From the NCBI RefSeq assembly GCF_009914755.1, contig NC_060935.1: DNA of 64,000 nucleotides. The stretch is one strand, 5' to 3'. Shown piece after piece: positions 1 through 14,239 of the stretch. Made by a program: the position numbers and the translations under genes. Each line of letters opens with the position of its first letter. Position 1 is the stretch's first letter. The notes under the pieces are model-generated. The model was given only the letters and a program-made list of their open reading frames with translations, ran no database searches and was not told where the DNA came from. This stretch comes from the human T2T-CHM13v2.0 reference genome, Homo sapiens.

Positions 1-1654
1 ATATGTAAGATACTTTTTCTAAAATTAATAAAAGGTAAATTGTTGCATTTCCTTAAGTAACCTGTACAGTTCCTCCATTATTATAAACAGATGTAGTCAG
101 CTTTAATATTTCATTATTCATATTGCCTTTTAAGGAACCTCAGAAACAAATATGATGCCCGAATTATAGCATCTTCTGTTCCTCATTATTGAATTTTTAC
201 CTAATTAGCCTTATTATAAAAGCCTATTCCTTTCTGAAGGTTAAATAATAGAATAAAGGATCTTTAATGTGTTCAGTTTCCATTTGCCCAGGACTCATCC
301 TGGAATAGCACTATGCTAGTATCTATACAATTTCAAATGGAAAAGCAAAACAGAGACTCTTAGCAGGTCTTCAGTGTTAAGAAATATTTAGCTATTCTAA
401 AGTTTACACATAATACATTTTATTAAATTATCTGGTTTTAGTATTTTCAGGTTAGTGTTAGTCACAAAAGCACATAGCTTTAACTGTTACAGTTAACTCT
501 TTAACTCTTTTTATAAAAAGTATTGAATTATCTCTGCCTCTGTATTGACTTTAATGAATTGTTAACATTTATTGAGTCTCCAGATCCACCATTAAAGCAA
601 TATCATTTAAATCAAGGACGTGGAAGATACTCTTGACTTTTGTGGTTAATCCATTGAGAGGAAACATAATTAACACAACTGTGGAATACAGTTTCCTAAG
701 TATCATTAAAAAAGAACATGGCATTTGAGCTTATAAAGTGACTTCTGTTCACATCAGTCAGAAAGCTCAAAGTTTAGTTGAAAGAATGCAAACAATTGTT
801 TTAGATGTTTTCTCAAAACTATACAATCTGAACAATAGAGAACATTAAATTTTAGAATTAAGAAAGATCTTGGAGATATTTCAGTATTTGATGCCAAATA
901 CATTTTATCTCAAGTGACAAATCTACTTCACTGTTAGAGACCAGGTGAAATTCTATGTTAAAAATGATTTTAAAGTTGATACTGACTTCAATGGAGGAAA
1001 AACTATAGTATAGTTGTATAGCAAAACCGTGTATATATAGTAAATAGAAATAACTAGATACGGGCTGGGTATTTGACAATTTTAATTTAATTCCCTTTAA
1101 ACTTTGAAGTAGAGAAAATTTGAACTTTCCAATGTCATGCAAATGGACCAAAGATAAAATTTAGGCCTCTCAATTCCCAGATTACTGTTTTTTCTTTCCT
1201 GTATTTCCTTCTGATGACTTTCTGTCAAACTAATTTGATAAACTGCTTGCTTAAAACACCTATGTGTAAGGGAAGTGACGTTTTAACTATTAATTTACGT
1301 GATTAGGAATCCAAGGCTAAGGTTTCCATAAATGCATTATGAAACTTAAGTGTTGGATAAATTAATGATGACATAATTAAATTAAATATTATAGCGTTGA
1401 ATTTTTTGTGACTTATCTAAACTTAATATTTTTGAGTATTAAAACTAGGAAAAGTTTAAAATAATTTGTTGCTTAAAGACCTTAAAATATTTTATAATTA
1501 TTGATGACTAATTGGTGAGTTCAACTAAATCTATATATCAGTGAATAATGAATAAGTTGTTAAAAACTTTACTTTAAAAATGTATTTCAAACTAATCAAG
1601 ATATTTTAGCTATATTGATGTCTATAGAGGCTAGTAAGACATTTGCTATACTAT

Positions 1655-2016
1655 TGTATTAGTCCATTTTTATACTGCTATGAAGAAATACCCAAGGCTG
1701 GGTATTTATAAGGAAAAAGAGGTTTAATGGACTCAGTTATACATGGCTGGGGAGGCCTCACAATCATGGTGGAAGGTGAAGGAAGAGCAAAGGCACATCT
1801 TACATGGTGGCAGACAAGAGAGTGTGTGCAGGGGAACTGACCTTTTATAAAGTCATCAGATCTTGTGTGACTTATTCACTATCCAGAGAACAGCATGGGA
1901 AAAACCCTCCTTCATGATTCAATTAGCTCTGACCAGATCCCTCCCACGACACATGGGGATTATGGAAACTACAATTTGAGATGAGATTTGGGTGGGGACA
2001 CAGTCAAACCATATCA
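1655..2016 (-). mobile_element. THE1-family (THE1B/C-like) MaLR solo LTR
   Basis: tgtattagtccatttt...ggctggggaggcctcacaatcatgg...gatttgggtggggacacagtcaaaccatatca is the reverse complement of the THE1 LTR. 5-bp TSD actat (1650-1654)/accat (2017-2021), one mismatch. Confidence 0.92.
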
Positions 2017-2435
2017 ACCATGTTTATAATGACTCACTGTAACATTCAAATTTTGGCACATCAATTTTTATTGACCTTGTTATGTCAAAGCACTGCTTGT
2101 ATTACTGAGCATTTTGAAATGAACTGAAAATTTAAAACTGCTATTGTTGTACTTTTCAATTGTTCTGTTTATAAATGAAGAGATATTATTAGGAAAGCCA
2201 ATGTTTTTTGGTATACCTTGAAGTCAGTTTTTCAGAGGAATCGGCAAATGCACTCCTTTTTGTTACTATGTATTTTCTATAATATGAACACATTATCTGG
2301 GAATTATTTTCACTCCAAATCAACACTCATCTACTTGAGGACAGAAGTCACATCTTTTTGAAAGTTCATGGCCCATAATAAGGTTAATTAATGACTAGTA
2401 ATTGAACAAGAGAGAGACAAATTTTTAAAATTACA

Positions 2436-2693
2436 TCTTTCTTTCTTTCTCTCTCTTTTTCCCCTTCCCTCCCTTCCCCTCCCCTTATCTCTCTCTCTCT
2501 TTCTTTTCTTTCTTTTTCTTTTTCTTTCCCTTTCTTTCCCTTTCTTTCTTCTTTCTTTTATTCTTTCTCTTTCTTTCTTTTTCTTTCTCTCTTTCTTTGT
2601 TTCTTTCTCTCTCTTTCTTCCTCTCTTCCTTTCTCTATCTTTTTTCTCCTTCCTTCCTTCCTTCCATCCTCCCTCCCTCCCTCCCTTCCTTCC
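2436..2693 (+). repeat. Polypyrimidine simple repeat (TTTC/TC/TTCC/TCCC)n
   Basis: ~258 bp of almost pure C/T; accounts for the K/R/E-rich ORF 2388..2765(-). Confidence 0.97.
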
Positions 2694-2699
2694 ACCTTG

Positions 2700-2995
2700 C
2701 AGTGTAAACCTATGTGCTTTTATTTTACCCAACAGGTTAGTAGGTTTATTAATTCTTAAGGTCATATTGTCTCAGATTTGGCCACTGAAAATTCTGGGTC
2801 ATCATGTCTATGCCTTTTTTTTTAGTACTTCTTTAATTTTTAGTACTCTTTTAATAATTTTTAGAACTCCTTTAATTTCTAACATGACAATATATTCATC
2901 TTGTATTTTCCTTGTGTTTGCCTTGAAATTAATCATTTTTCAAAATAATTAATGACCCTTAAGAATGGTATTTAGAAATTAACATCTGGGCTACT
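2700..2995 (-). mobile_element. Ancient L1ME-type 3' fragment
   Basis: attcatcttgtattttcc...aatcatttttc...ggtatttagaaattaacatctgggc resembles the L1ME3/4 3' region in antisense. Confidence 0.5.
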
Positions 2996-3204
2996 TATTT
3001 TTAACCTAAAATAAATTAAATTATATCCACAATTCTGGGTGGAAACTGAGAATTTTATAGCAGAAAAAAATAAAAAGTATAGATTAATTGTCTGAAGTCT
3101 TAAAAATAGTCAATGGCATATGAATGATGTGAATCTTCATCTGATTTCAGGTGATTGTTACATTAAATCACAACTGTTTCCATTGCCATATTTCACAGTA
3201 AAGT

Positions 3205-3650
3205 TTGTTCATTCATTTAATTATGTTTCATTGAACAACTTCAGACTTTCTTCTAAACAGAAGAAATAAATCAAATAGAAATTCCTGCATTTATAAAACC
3301 TATTTTCCAATAAAGGAACACAGTTCATAAAAAAATGGTGAAAATTGCAAAAAAAGAAACCCCAAAAAACAAAAACAGAATGAGGAGTAGAATATATTAT
3401 GTAGGATGTGAAGTATACCAGATGTAATTTTAAAGAGACTGGTCCAGGAAGGTATCACTAAGAGGTTTTCATTTATGTGAAGTCTGAAGCTGCTAAGGGA
3501 AATGCCAGGTGGATATTTGGGGCTACAGCATTCCAGATAGGGAAATAGCATGTGCTAGGCACTGATGTTGAACATGCCTGGTGTGATTAAGGAAACCACT
3601 GTGGCTAGAATGATGTGGTAATGGAAGAAAATAGTACAATAGGAGGTTGG
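3205..3650 (-). mobile_element. L2 LINE fragment
   Basis: gttcattcattt tail, then agcattccagatagggaaatagcatgtgctaggc...gtggctagaa, typical antisense L2. Confidence 0.7.
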
Positions 3651-6600
3651 AAATGTTCTTGTGTTCCTCTTGAGAAAAATATAATAAAAGGTCTTTTACA
3701 CAGATACAAAAAAACAAATTATACTTAAGACAGCAAATTAATACTATGTTTTATGAGAAGGTTACAAAATTTTTGTTCTAAAGTTAGAAACCAAAATCAA
3801 ATTTAAAATAAATACATTTTAAAGTTGTGAAAGGCTAAATAAATAAGCACAGGGCCTTGTACATGGTGGTCACTTGGCCTGAATTTTGGCCACTGAATGT
3901 TTGAGAATAAAAGGGGCACAGGAAACATAAGCCACTTAAAAGAACAAAAGTTAGCATTAAGAAATAAATGAACACCTAATAGAAGACTAAAAGAATACAG
4001 TAGTAATTTGTAGAGTTTTGATTTATTTTCTTACTCTCTTTTTCTATGTAGTTTTATTTAAGTAAATGTGCACTGATATCTTCTTAGAGCCCATGAAAAA
4101 CAAAACATAGAATTTAAGAGAAAGTCAGAAGCCATCTCTGATGAGACATTTGTTGGCTAGCTGTTCTGACAATAAGACAAAAAGGCTATGCTTGGTGCTG
4201 CACTTATTCTATTTCCCAGAAACACTTGCAAGAGTCCCTTACTCATCACTTCAAATAGGCTAGCCAGGAAAATTACATTCTTACACTAATTTGGATGATG
4301 AATTTAAATCACTTATATTTTATTATTCATTTGTTACTGTGGCATGGCTTAGTATCATTTAGCACTATTTTCCTGACTTTTCTCCCTGAGCATATGTAGG
4401 TGTTTCATTTTCATTTTTACCTTTTCTTTTTTTTCTGCTATCACTTATTGGAAAACACAGAGAATGAACATTATAATAAATATATGTAGAGTTACAAATA
4501 ATCCATACCCTTTAAATATTCTTTTAACTTAAATCTCATTGTATCATTTTTTATTTCTCTTTGGAAATAAATGAAAGCTCTGAAGGGCTCTGCCTTCTCA
4601 ATTTATTTTTTTGAAAAAACATAGCTGTGTTTTCATAAACGATTACAAAAGATAATCTATTTGTTATAAAAACATGATATTTTAAAGAATTGGGGCAAAT
4701 AAAACTAAATTTCTACTATGTGCTAATACTATCTCATATATTTTTATATTACCTCTTTCTCCCTTGGTCTCTTTCTCCTTGATAGTGTAATCAAGATAAC
4801 CTGGATAATTTTTCATGATTAAAAAAAGCCTATTCTATTTTATGATAATTAAAATACATTTTTAACAGTAAATATAAAATTTCCTCTTTCAAAAGAAGAA
4901 AAAAATATAAGCTTTATATCTGTGTAGCTCATTTTAGACGAGGTAGTGTGCCTTTAAGGCACCTAATCCAGAGATGTAAATACAGACATATGGTAACCTT
5001 TTCTGAATAAGAAATATTAAAATGTAGTGGTTTTCAGCCAGAGAGAAAAGGTTCCCAACAATATTTAAGAGGCTAGAGTCTCTGGAGAAAGATGACTTCT
5101 GTGAACTCCCTGCTTCCTGGTACAGTTCTAACTAGTTTGGGATTTATGTGACATTAAATGCATTTTAATCATGGTTTTAGGTTCTGAGCAAATAGAGCAG
5201 ACTTCCTTGCTCTCACAAAGCTTACATTATTGTGTATGTTTTTGGGTGTGTTCGAAGGGTGGAGGAGCAGACAGAAGGTGAGAGTAAAATAGGTGATAAA
5301 TAATATTCATATAAAACAATAACAAATGAAATAAATAATTGGCAGATACAAAATTATAGCTCATTGCATTGATTGTCATTTTATTTTTGAGCATAATTTT
5401 TCAGAACCTGCCACTTCTTTGCAACTGTAATTGAATAAATGCTCTATTCTTGCTGATCTCAGTCCCAGCCCTGAAAATGCAACCCAGGAAGAACACTACC
5501 TGACCTGTCTTTTTATCAAGCCAGCATTCTAATCTCTGAGTTCCTTCATAACTCAGTGAAGCTCAGCTCTGTTCCATCATAAATGATCTCTCTGGGAATT
5601 TTCTAACATATTGAGTAGATTGTAATACAAAACTACATTCAATAAGCAAAAGTGCATTTGTTCTTTCCTTTATAAACTGAAATTCCTTTTTTACAATTAG
5701 TACAATTTGTTGCCCCTAATCTTTGCAATGATAATTTATTGCCTATTGAACATGAACTTCCTTTTATGCAAGCTTACTTATAAACTCCGAATTTTATGAT
5801 TGAGATATTTTATCAATTATATTAAATCACAAATGTTAACTGCAAATGGAACTACATCTAAAGAGCACATTCTTTCCATACTAGAGAGTAGATAAAGCTA
5901 ATACAATAATTAAAAACCTATTTATTATTACTTCATCTGTGCTTGTTTATCAATTTTTCTCATCACTGACTAGCATTGCCTATGAACTTACATTGTTATA
6001 CTAAATAATTCTTAGTGGAGTCTGTCTTTAAAAGTTTGATTCCTGGTTTTACATATCTCACTTGTTATGAAACTGTTTTGTATACCAAATTATAACTTCC
6101 GATTAGAAAACTAAACAAAACAAAATTATGATTCATAAATGCTATTAGCATTTTAGATAAAAGAACACATTAACATTTGGTAAATATTCACTATGGTCAG
6201 TATATTGTTAAACAGTATAGAGTCAATTTCATGTTGTCTTTGTGTTGTTACGGTTTCTTTTATATAGTGAGCTTGAGGTGACAGCCGTTACTGTACATCT
6301 GTTGATTGGTTATATTTCAATTTTTAGTATAAACACACTTTAAATAACACTACCTCTAAAAATGACCCAAAAGCTAATAATTCAGATTTTTGCAAAAATA
6401 TATATGACAGAAGAAAGAAAAACATCTCACTAAAAAAATCAGCTGAGTGAACTATGATACTTATAATTTTTATATTAAACATGTTATTACTATCTGTCAT
6501 GCATAAGATTTCTGACACAAATTTGATTTTATTGCCCTTTTTATTTTTCAACATGCTATTTTTCTTTGACTTATTTTATAATATAAATTTTTTTACCAAC

Positions 6601-6805
6601 ATATCAAACACATAAAAGGAAAAATAACTCTCCTTCCAAATGTACTCTTAACATAACAACACGTGTTTCTTTTCAACATATTATCTTCCAGGCTTTTGTC
6701 AAAAAAGAGAAACATATTTTCACAAGACATAATGTTGGCAATGGTTTAACTTTCTATTTGTTTTATTTATTTATACATATTATTTCATATGTTGTTGACA
6801 TTATG

Positions 6806-7326
6806 TATATTAGTCAGAGTTATTTTAAAAAACAGAAACAATAGATGTGTAAGAGGAGATTTATTATGGGAATTGGGTCATGCAAGTTGATCAAAAAATC
6901 TCACAACATGCCCTTTGCAACTCGGATAACCACATAAGCCACTGATGCAATTCAATCTGAGTCCAAAGGCTTGATTGCCATTGGGGCCCATGATATAACT
7001 CCCAGGCCCAAGAAGGCAGTGGGATGAGGGGAAACTGGGGTAAATCCCAGAGTCTCAAGTCTAAAAGCCCAAGAACCAGGAGCTCAAATATTTGAAGGTT
7101 TAGAAGAGTGAGAACTCACCGTTACTTCATCTTTTTGCTCTATTCAATAGCTCTCAATGGATTGTATGGTGCCTGCCTGCAATGATGAGGGTAGACCTTT
7201 TTTACTTAGTATACTGATTCAAAGGCTTTCAGAAACACTCTTACAGACACTCCCAGAAATGTTTTATTATTATTATCTGGGCATCCCTTAGCCCAGTCAA
7301 GTTGATTCATAAGGTTAACTATTACC
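6806..7326 (-). mobile_element. MLT2 (ERVL) solo LTR, MLT2B-like
   Basis: tattagtcagag...ggagatttattatgggaattgg...ctgagtccaaaggc...ggcatcccttagcccagtcaagttga...aaggttaactatta. Confidence 0.85.
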
Positions 7327-7329
7327 TTA

Positions 7330-7520
7330 GGTTATAAATATAATGGCTGAATGATCTTTCAACATAGTGTTAGAATAATTTATTTCACCATTATCTAAAT
7401 GTAACCTCTAATTATTTATTAGTTAAATAACACTAAAGTATCAAGTAGGCTATGATTTTTGTCTTTTCTCTTATGATTTCCTTAGGATAGATTCGTAGAG
7501 ATGGAATTACAGTTATCCAG
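7330..7520 (-). mobile_element. Ancient L1M(E) fragment
   Basis: taatggctgaat...tttccttaggatagattcgtagagatggaattac matches antisense L1M ORF2 end. Confidence 0.5.
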
Positions 7521-8113
7521 TAATTCAACTGGATTGAAGGATTCAACTAGGTGAAGGATTACAATTTATCCAATTTGGTGCATCCATGATCCATAAAATA
7601 TTATTTGACAGATGAATAAATATATAGACGCTCTCAATCTAAATAAGTAAGCACTATGATATCTTTTAAAATTTATTTTTTACTCTAAAAATGATATGTG
7701 TTATCTTAACATCTAATTTTATCACATTAAGGGGATTTTACTAATATGTTCAGAATAATCCTTAACAGCTACACAACAAAATTATATCTTTTGTTTTTGA
7801 ATAGGCAATAAGATTTCTATTGCCTTAACATGATCATTCTATTTTCTCAATGACACTTTTAAGTAAAGTAAAATATATTTAAGAATTGGAGAAGTTGTAA
7901 TTTCTAGTTTGTCTACTCCAGCACTTACCTAATAAATATTTTTCAGCATTTAATATTTTTCATACTCTACAGTAAATATTGGAGATACGAAAGGAAATGA
8001 CATAAAGCTCATGATGTAGGGGTGAGGTAATAAAAAAGAAAAGTTCAAATTTAATTAGTGTAAATAGTCGAGTGGGAGTGGAAAGCATTGAAACCTAAAG
8101 AAAAAGTTTGTGG

Positions 8114-8327
8114 TTATGCTGTTTAATATGGTGGCCACCAACCACAGTGGGTATATAAATTTAAATTCAAATAAATTAAACTAAAGTAACATTTAAAATT
8201 CAATTGTTTTTTTATGTTAGACAACTTTCAAGTGCCATTAGACACATGTTACTAGGGTTTGTTGCATTGAAAAGTACAGATTATAGAAGATTTTCATCAA
8301 CATAAAAATGTCTATCCTACATGTGGT
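8114..8327 (-). mobile_element. MER3 (hAT-Charlie) DNA transposon
   Basis: tgctgtttaatatggtggccacc...aaatttaaatt...tttcaagtgcc...gacacatgt...agattatagaagattttcatc follows the MER3 layout. Confidence 0.75.
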
Positions 8328-10174
8328 CTAGTGTGTAGCAGGTGCAGGGATAAGGCAGGAAGTAGGATTGAAGCATACACAGCTGGACCGACACAGGCTC
8401 CTGCCTCCTCCTTTCACTTTCCTAGTTAGTTGCTGGAGCCTTTTCAAATGTAAGTATAAATGTATGTTTTTCCTTTTTATTTACTTTGACTTTCTCTGTT
8501 CCTCTCTGTTTTATTTTTCTATTAAAAAAACTTTGATGAATTAAGCAAGTAAAATGTTATTTTCAAGTTGTAATCGTCTGCTTTACTAGAGGTGGAGACT
8601 TCTCCTCCTCTTTGATGAAGGAATCAAAATTTCTTTGATTTAGGTAACCTTTTGTATGAAACCTTGAGGTATTTTATATGTAAAACAAACAAGTGTCCAG
8701 ACATTGCTCTATGGAAAATGAGGAAAATTAAATTATTTCTGGTGAAGTAAATCTGTTTGTTCCATTGTACTGCACTTTTTCTTCCTCAGAGACTCTTTGG
8801 CTTGGTTTCTTCAAACACACGTCAGGCCTTCACTAGCATTTGCTCATATGTGACAGTGTGAAGTTAAAGGCCTGTTCTCAAAGGAGAAAAGACACTGGTA
8901 TGAATAGGTATCTGATCTCTTAAACCACCCTGCTTTGAATGGCTTCAATTGACACCAAGGCAAATATGGTAGATTTAAAGATTTTATTCTAGATTCATTT
9001 CAAATTCTATTTGTAAAATTATCTTCAGTATAAGATTATTATTGTATTATTAGTGTATGTTGTATCACAACATAGTAATTGAATTGTTCCACTGTGTAGC
9101 AATGGGAGATAGATTATGAAATGGAGAAAATGAAATTAAGAAGTAGGCATAGAAAGAGTTGAAAAGGAAACAGATCAGGTTTTTGGTTTGAAGGAAGAAC
9201 AAACCATTGAAGCTTGATTATTATATCGTTCACCTGTTTGAACAATCAACCACCCTGATGATCATAGACATTAGGGTATAAGAAGACTAGGACTCAATTA
9301 TAGAAATCTTCAGTGAGTGGAAACGGGTAACAGAGTCTTTGTAAATAACCACAACACAGAAGGTTTGGGTCAACAGTAGCAAAATGAGAGATTAAAACCT
9401 TCAGTGAAGTAGGTTTTTTTGTGTTAATTTTGCTTATTTGTCTTAAGCAAGTGAAAAAGTAATTTCTTGAAATTAATGATAAGGACCCTGAAGACTGCAG
9501 ATAATGCCTCTGGACTGTTAAATCTCTGAGATATGGGAGAGGAAATTGCTATAATTTAAGAGGGACATATGATAGTTGCCATTGAGGCAAACAGGTAGAG
9601 ATTACACTGGGAAAAGAAGAGAACATGGAAACAGGATTAATGCAAAAGTTAAAATGTGCTGAGGGCTACAGCAGTTGCTTGAGGAAGGTGGGAGTGTTAC
9701 AAAGAAGGAACCAAATTATGGCAGCTGTAAGAACACATAGGATTTGGCCAGACAGAAGTGCATTTTCTGGGTGAACAGGGATAACAGAGTTAAGATGAGG
9801 TGGGACTGAGTTCCCTAAAATCTGAATTATGTTGACGGCCCATGTGGAAATAGTGACCTGGAGAATTAAGTAGACAGAAGTCTTTGCTCTATATTCAACA
9901 TTAATGATGTTGAATTGTTTGAGCATCTTCTAAAACAACAACAACAATCCCTTTTCATAATTTGTTAGCAGGAAGAATAATTTAGTTTCTTGCATTTTCA
10001 ATCTTCATTGTTATGGCCATCACAGGGGCTGCAGGGCTCAAGGCTTTCCATAGTGGATTGTCAAATTTTACCCCAGATGTTATGGAACTCAAATCAGTCA
10101 AACATTTTTCGGACACTGACATCTTTGGACTTATATTTAAGAAAAGCTCATGCTCATTTAGTAACTTAATAAGA

Positions 10175-10650
10175 ATTTAATGAGTCCCCTCTATGTCAAT
10201 ATTTTTATTCTAGTTGCCGATTTGAGTGATAAAATATTTTCAAGGGTGGAACTAACAGTCCAGTGATAAAATAATTAAGACCATAAACAGCAAATTAAAA
10301 ATTAATTGATTTATTTAATTACAGTAATGGCGAATGTCCCATGAAGACTTATGAAATGCTACAAATGTGTGTTACAGAAGAAGCTGGCCTGATGAGTGTG
10401 ATGGCAGTGATTGGAGTAAAGGGGGAGAAGTAAAAGAGGGAAGTTTTTCATAAATAAAATTTCAGCTGAGAACTGAAAGTAAATCAGTTGAATTGCAGAG
10501 AAGGGAGAGAAGCAATGTATACTCCAGGTCAAAAAAAAAAAATTGCATGCCAAAGGCCCTCAAGTAAGTAAAACAAAACTTGGTTTATTTGAGTATCTGA
10601 AAAAAGAAAAATTTTCCTGGGGTATGCTGAACTGGAGAAAGCATGGCACT
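10175..10650 (-). mobile_element. L2 LINE fragment
   Basis: tttaatgagtcccctctatgtc...tttcagctgagaactgaa...tgcatgccaaaggccct. Confidence 0.65.
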
Positions 10651-11064
10651 AATTAATGTATCCTGTTATTATGCAATTCCCTTCTCTCCCTCTGTATGCA
10701 AATCCACACAATCGCTGAAGCTGAGTTTAAATTATTTCACTTTCAATCAGCTGTCTCTGTCCTCTTTGGCCCAACATGATCAGTCTATCTTTAAATTTTT
10801 CTAACAATGTTTCTGTGTTCTTCTCGTTCTGAAGTGTTTGCATAAAAAGCCTCATATTTTTACTTACCTGTTTGTCTTAATTATATCTAGTTCCCCACTC
10901 ATGCTGTCACCAGAGGATTTTGATCATTTCCTGCATTTTAATGTACTATCTTTGGCTTATGGCACATGTAGTTCTTTGCAAACACTGGGTTTTCAACTAA
11001 TACTGGCCAAATTTGTGAATTGCCATTAATAACACATCTTAGATATATACAATACACATTGGAT

Positions 11065-11200
11065 TATTCTATCAACAAATGTTTGTGAGCACCATCTCTG
11101 TTAGGCACTATGGTAGGCATTTGGGATGCAATGAGCTTCTTGTCTTGGCAAGTAGATGTTCAACATCACAATTATAAGTGTCCAGTTAGAGGAATTGCAA
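11065..11200 (-). mobile_element. L2 3'-end fragment
   Basis: tcaacaaatgtttgtgagcacc...ttaggcactatggtaggcatttgggatgca. Confidence 0.65.
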
Positions 11201-12499
11201 ATGTGTTTGCCTATCTAAGAACAAAATAGATAGGGAGGGACAATAACGTACAGTAAGGAACTGTAAGACATGAAGCATGAAGTAGAAACAAGCTCACTGC
11301 CTTATCATTGTGAGTTAAGGTCCTGTGAGTACACAAGGGTCTACCTATTTCCTTTCTTCAACAGATACTTCTTGATGTATAGTATGCGTCATTGTTTTAA
11401 AAATAAGGGCTACATGAGTGAATGAACAAGTTTCACCCATAGGGAACTTGCATTATAGTTGAAGAAATCCTTAGCTGTGCCAAAATTGTAAGAATCCACA
11501 TTCTATTTCTTATTCATTGGGCCTATACTGGACTCAGCCAGCATCCACTGCAGAGGACTAAGAAATATTCCAAAGAATGGAATAATGATTGCTAAAGATT
11601 TCATAGTATTATGACTTGGCATACTGTTTCCTTCTCAATAGCTGCAAACACTGAGATAGTTTAACACTGACCTACAGAGAAGCAGAGTGCAGAATAGAAG
11701 GAAGAAGCAATCACTGAGTTGCTTTCTCTTTAGGGAAAGCTCTCAAATGTCATTCCCCACATGTCACAGTGGCTGGAGTGTTTTTTTCAAGCTTGCCCTT
11801 TGGGGCTGTTCTTTGTGACCTGAGAATAACTACTGTTCTGTGTTCCTGGAGCTATTTCCCCCCTTAAGAGAACTATGACTCAAAGGCTTCTGTAATCTTT
11901 CTGTACCAGAAACAAAGGTTTTATCTCAGAAAGGTTAAGATGGCAGGTAGTTAGTACTGTATTTGCTTAACCTACTCAACTCCAGAAATGCCACGGAAGA
12001 TGTGTGAGCCTTTAAGTAAACCTGAGCTTTTTCCAGTGTATGTGAGATGCCTCAAATGTAACATTTCATTAGGTTAAAAAAACAGTGAATGGTTTTGATT
12101 TCCCTGGAGCTATAAATGGAAATAGTCAATCTGGGTCATTATACTTAGTCTTTGAAAGCAAATATTTTCTCACTATGTCTACTCTTCCCTCCATATGATC
12201 TATACCCACAGAACTATTTTAGGAGTTACAGGTAAACTAAAATTTTTCTTGAATTAGGTACAACTGAACTTGAATGTTCATGAGATAAAGTAACTAAAAT
12301 CATCTGATAATGATATTCAGAGTCCACAGAGCTGCTCCTCTTTCATGGCCTAGTTTTGTTCAGTTCACTTTAGATATCTTGGAATCATTGTTACCTCGGT
12401 TCACCTTTGTCTCCTATTTTTGTATTTCCTTGGTTCTTTCTAGTTTTATCTTCTGGCTTATATCAGGCAGGCTCAGCAGCTATTCATTATCTATTTATT

Positions 12500-12600
12500 T
12501 ACTTATTCATTCAATAAATATTTTGTGTTCTATGTTCTGAGTACATGGGATATGACAATGAAGAAACTAGACAGAAATCTTTACCGTAATAAACCTTGTT
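12500..12600 (-). mobile_element. L2 3'-end fragment
   Basis: ttattcattcaataaatattttg...tatgttctgagtacatgggatatgacaatgaa. Confidence 0.55.
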
Positions 12601-13572
12601 ATGTTACCTGTATTGGTCATCACCTTCATGGAATTTTATGTCCTTCTCCTTGTATCCAGAATGAGGCTTTCTCTTACTTTTTTTTTTTAATTTTCTTTTG
12701 ATTTCTGCTATCTGCCAATACAACCTAAAAACTTATAGACATTTAGACACTTGCTTTTTTTGTCTTTATTTTCGCATTACACAATCTATTGCTTTATCAA
12801 GTTCTCTGAATAATTGGCCATCTGTGTATAGCACAAAATAACTGACAAAATACTTCTGGAAAAAAAAAGTATTGCCATTGAAAAACACAACCTTATGTTG
12901 GGATTTTCAAACTTCCTTTTTTGGAAAACTGTTAGAAAAATTCCCCTTTTTGTTTATTTTTGAAATGCTGCAGCAAAATCTATTTGCTAGAATGTCAGGA
13001 TAACATAACGACCCCTCTTAAATAAAAATTAGAAAGTATTGCCCATCCTCAGAAACATTCTTCCATTTAGAATCTTTACTAAAAGCCTTTTTCTGGATAA
13101 GTTAAAGCTCAAAACTTGAGAAAAAACACAAGAAATAAAGGTATCAACGTCCATATAAGTACTATCTTCCTTTTTGATTTTGTTTTCTACTTCTAGATTT
13201 TGGTTTTGTGTTCCTTCAATTTCTTTCACTAGTAAACATAAACATACTATTGTATTTCAACACAACCTGTGAAATGTTTTATGATGCATATAAGTCCTCT
13301 TTTAAAAATATGGGACTTATGAATTTGCAACTTCTGAATTTTTTGATTTTACTACTGGAAGACTGTATTTAAACTATGGTTAGAAAGCAGTAGGATAATA
13401 AGCAACACAAAAAGAAATGGAGGTATAAATGATTATATAACTTGATAAGTTAAAAAAGAATAATAAAAATGATAATAGTAGTTGCAACTGTGATAATCAT
13501 TTTGAAAATAAGAACTGTAATATCAAATATTTTTAAATTAGAGATATATTTTTATTAAAAGTCAATAAAAAA

Positions 13573-13636
13573 GACCTCATGATCTGCTCACCTCAGCCTC
13601 CCTAAGTGCTGGGATTACAGGCATGAGCCACCGTGC
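13573..13636 (-). mobile_element. Alu 5'-end fragment (~64 bp of left monomer)
   Basis: gacctcatgatctgctcacctcagcctccctaagtgctgggattacaggcatgagccaccgtgc is the reverse complement of the Alu 5' end. Confidence 0.9.
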
Positions 13637-14239
13637 ACAAATTTAGCAAAGAAATACAACATTTATTGTTGAAACAAACTCTTATAACATGGAGCACCAA
13701 CATGGCCAAATTATATAAAGACAACACAAATCCAGATGATTTTGAGATTTAAAAAGCTTACATTGCATGTTGGTGAATCTGCAGCTCTTAGTTCCTAAGC
13801 ACAGTTAATACTACTAGCTAGAATCCCAGAAAAGAAATATTTAAAATCGATGTGTTTGTTCTACAGAAATATGTCAAAAAATTTAAAGCAGTAAATAAAT
13901 CCTTTAAAAATGAGTTGTTATGAAAATCTGGGTGTGTGTGTGTAATGACAGTCTAGCTGCAATGAGAGGAGGGCGATATGTCTTTATAATTTTATTCAGA
14001 AAACATGGAGTTGCAAATAAAACATGATTTTAGTCACAGAGAAGCTCTCATATGTAAATATAATGTTGTAGATGTGAATAATTAAATAAATATAGCAAAC
14101 TGATTAATCTATAAAACCCAGAGTGCTAGACTTGCCTCTTTTCAGCTTTGATGTCAGAAAATAAGCTCAAAATGGGCACTCTACTGCTTCATGCAAAGTG
14201 CTGGTTTCCAGAAGAAAGATATTCAAGAGTTATGTGCTC

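Noticed and set aside
2388-2765. 125-aa K/R/E-rich ORF
   Set aside because: Translation of the purine strand of a simple repeat.
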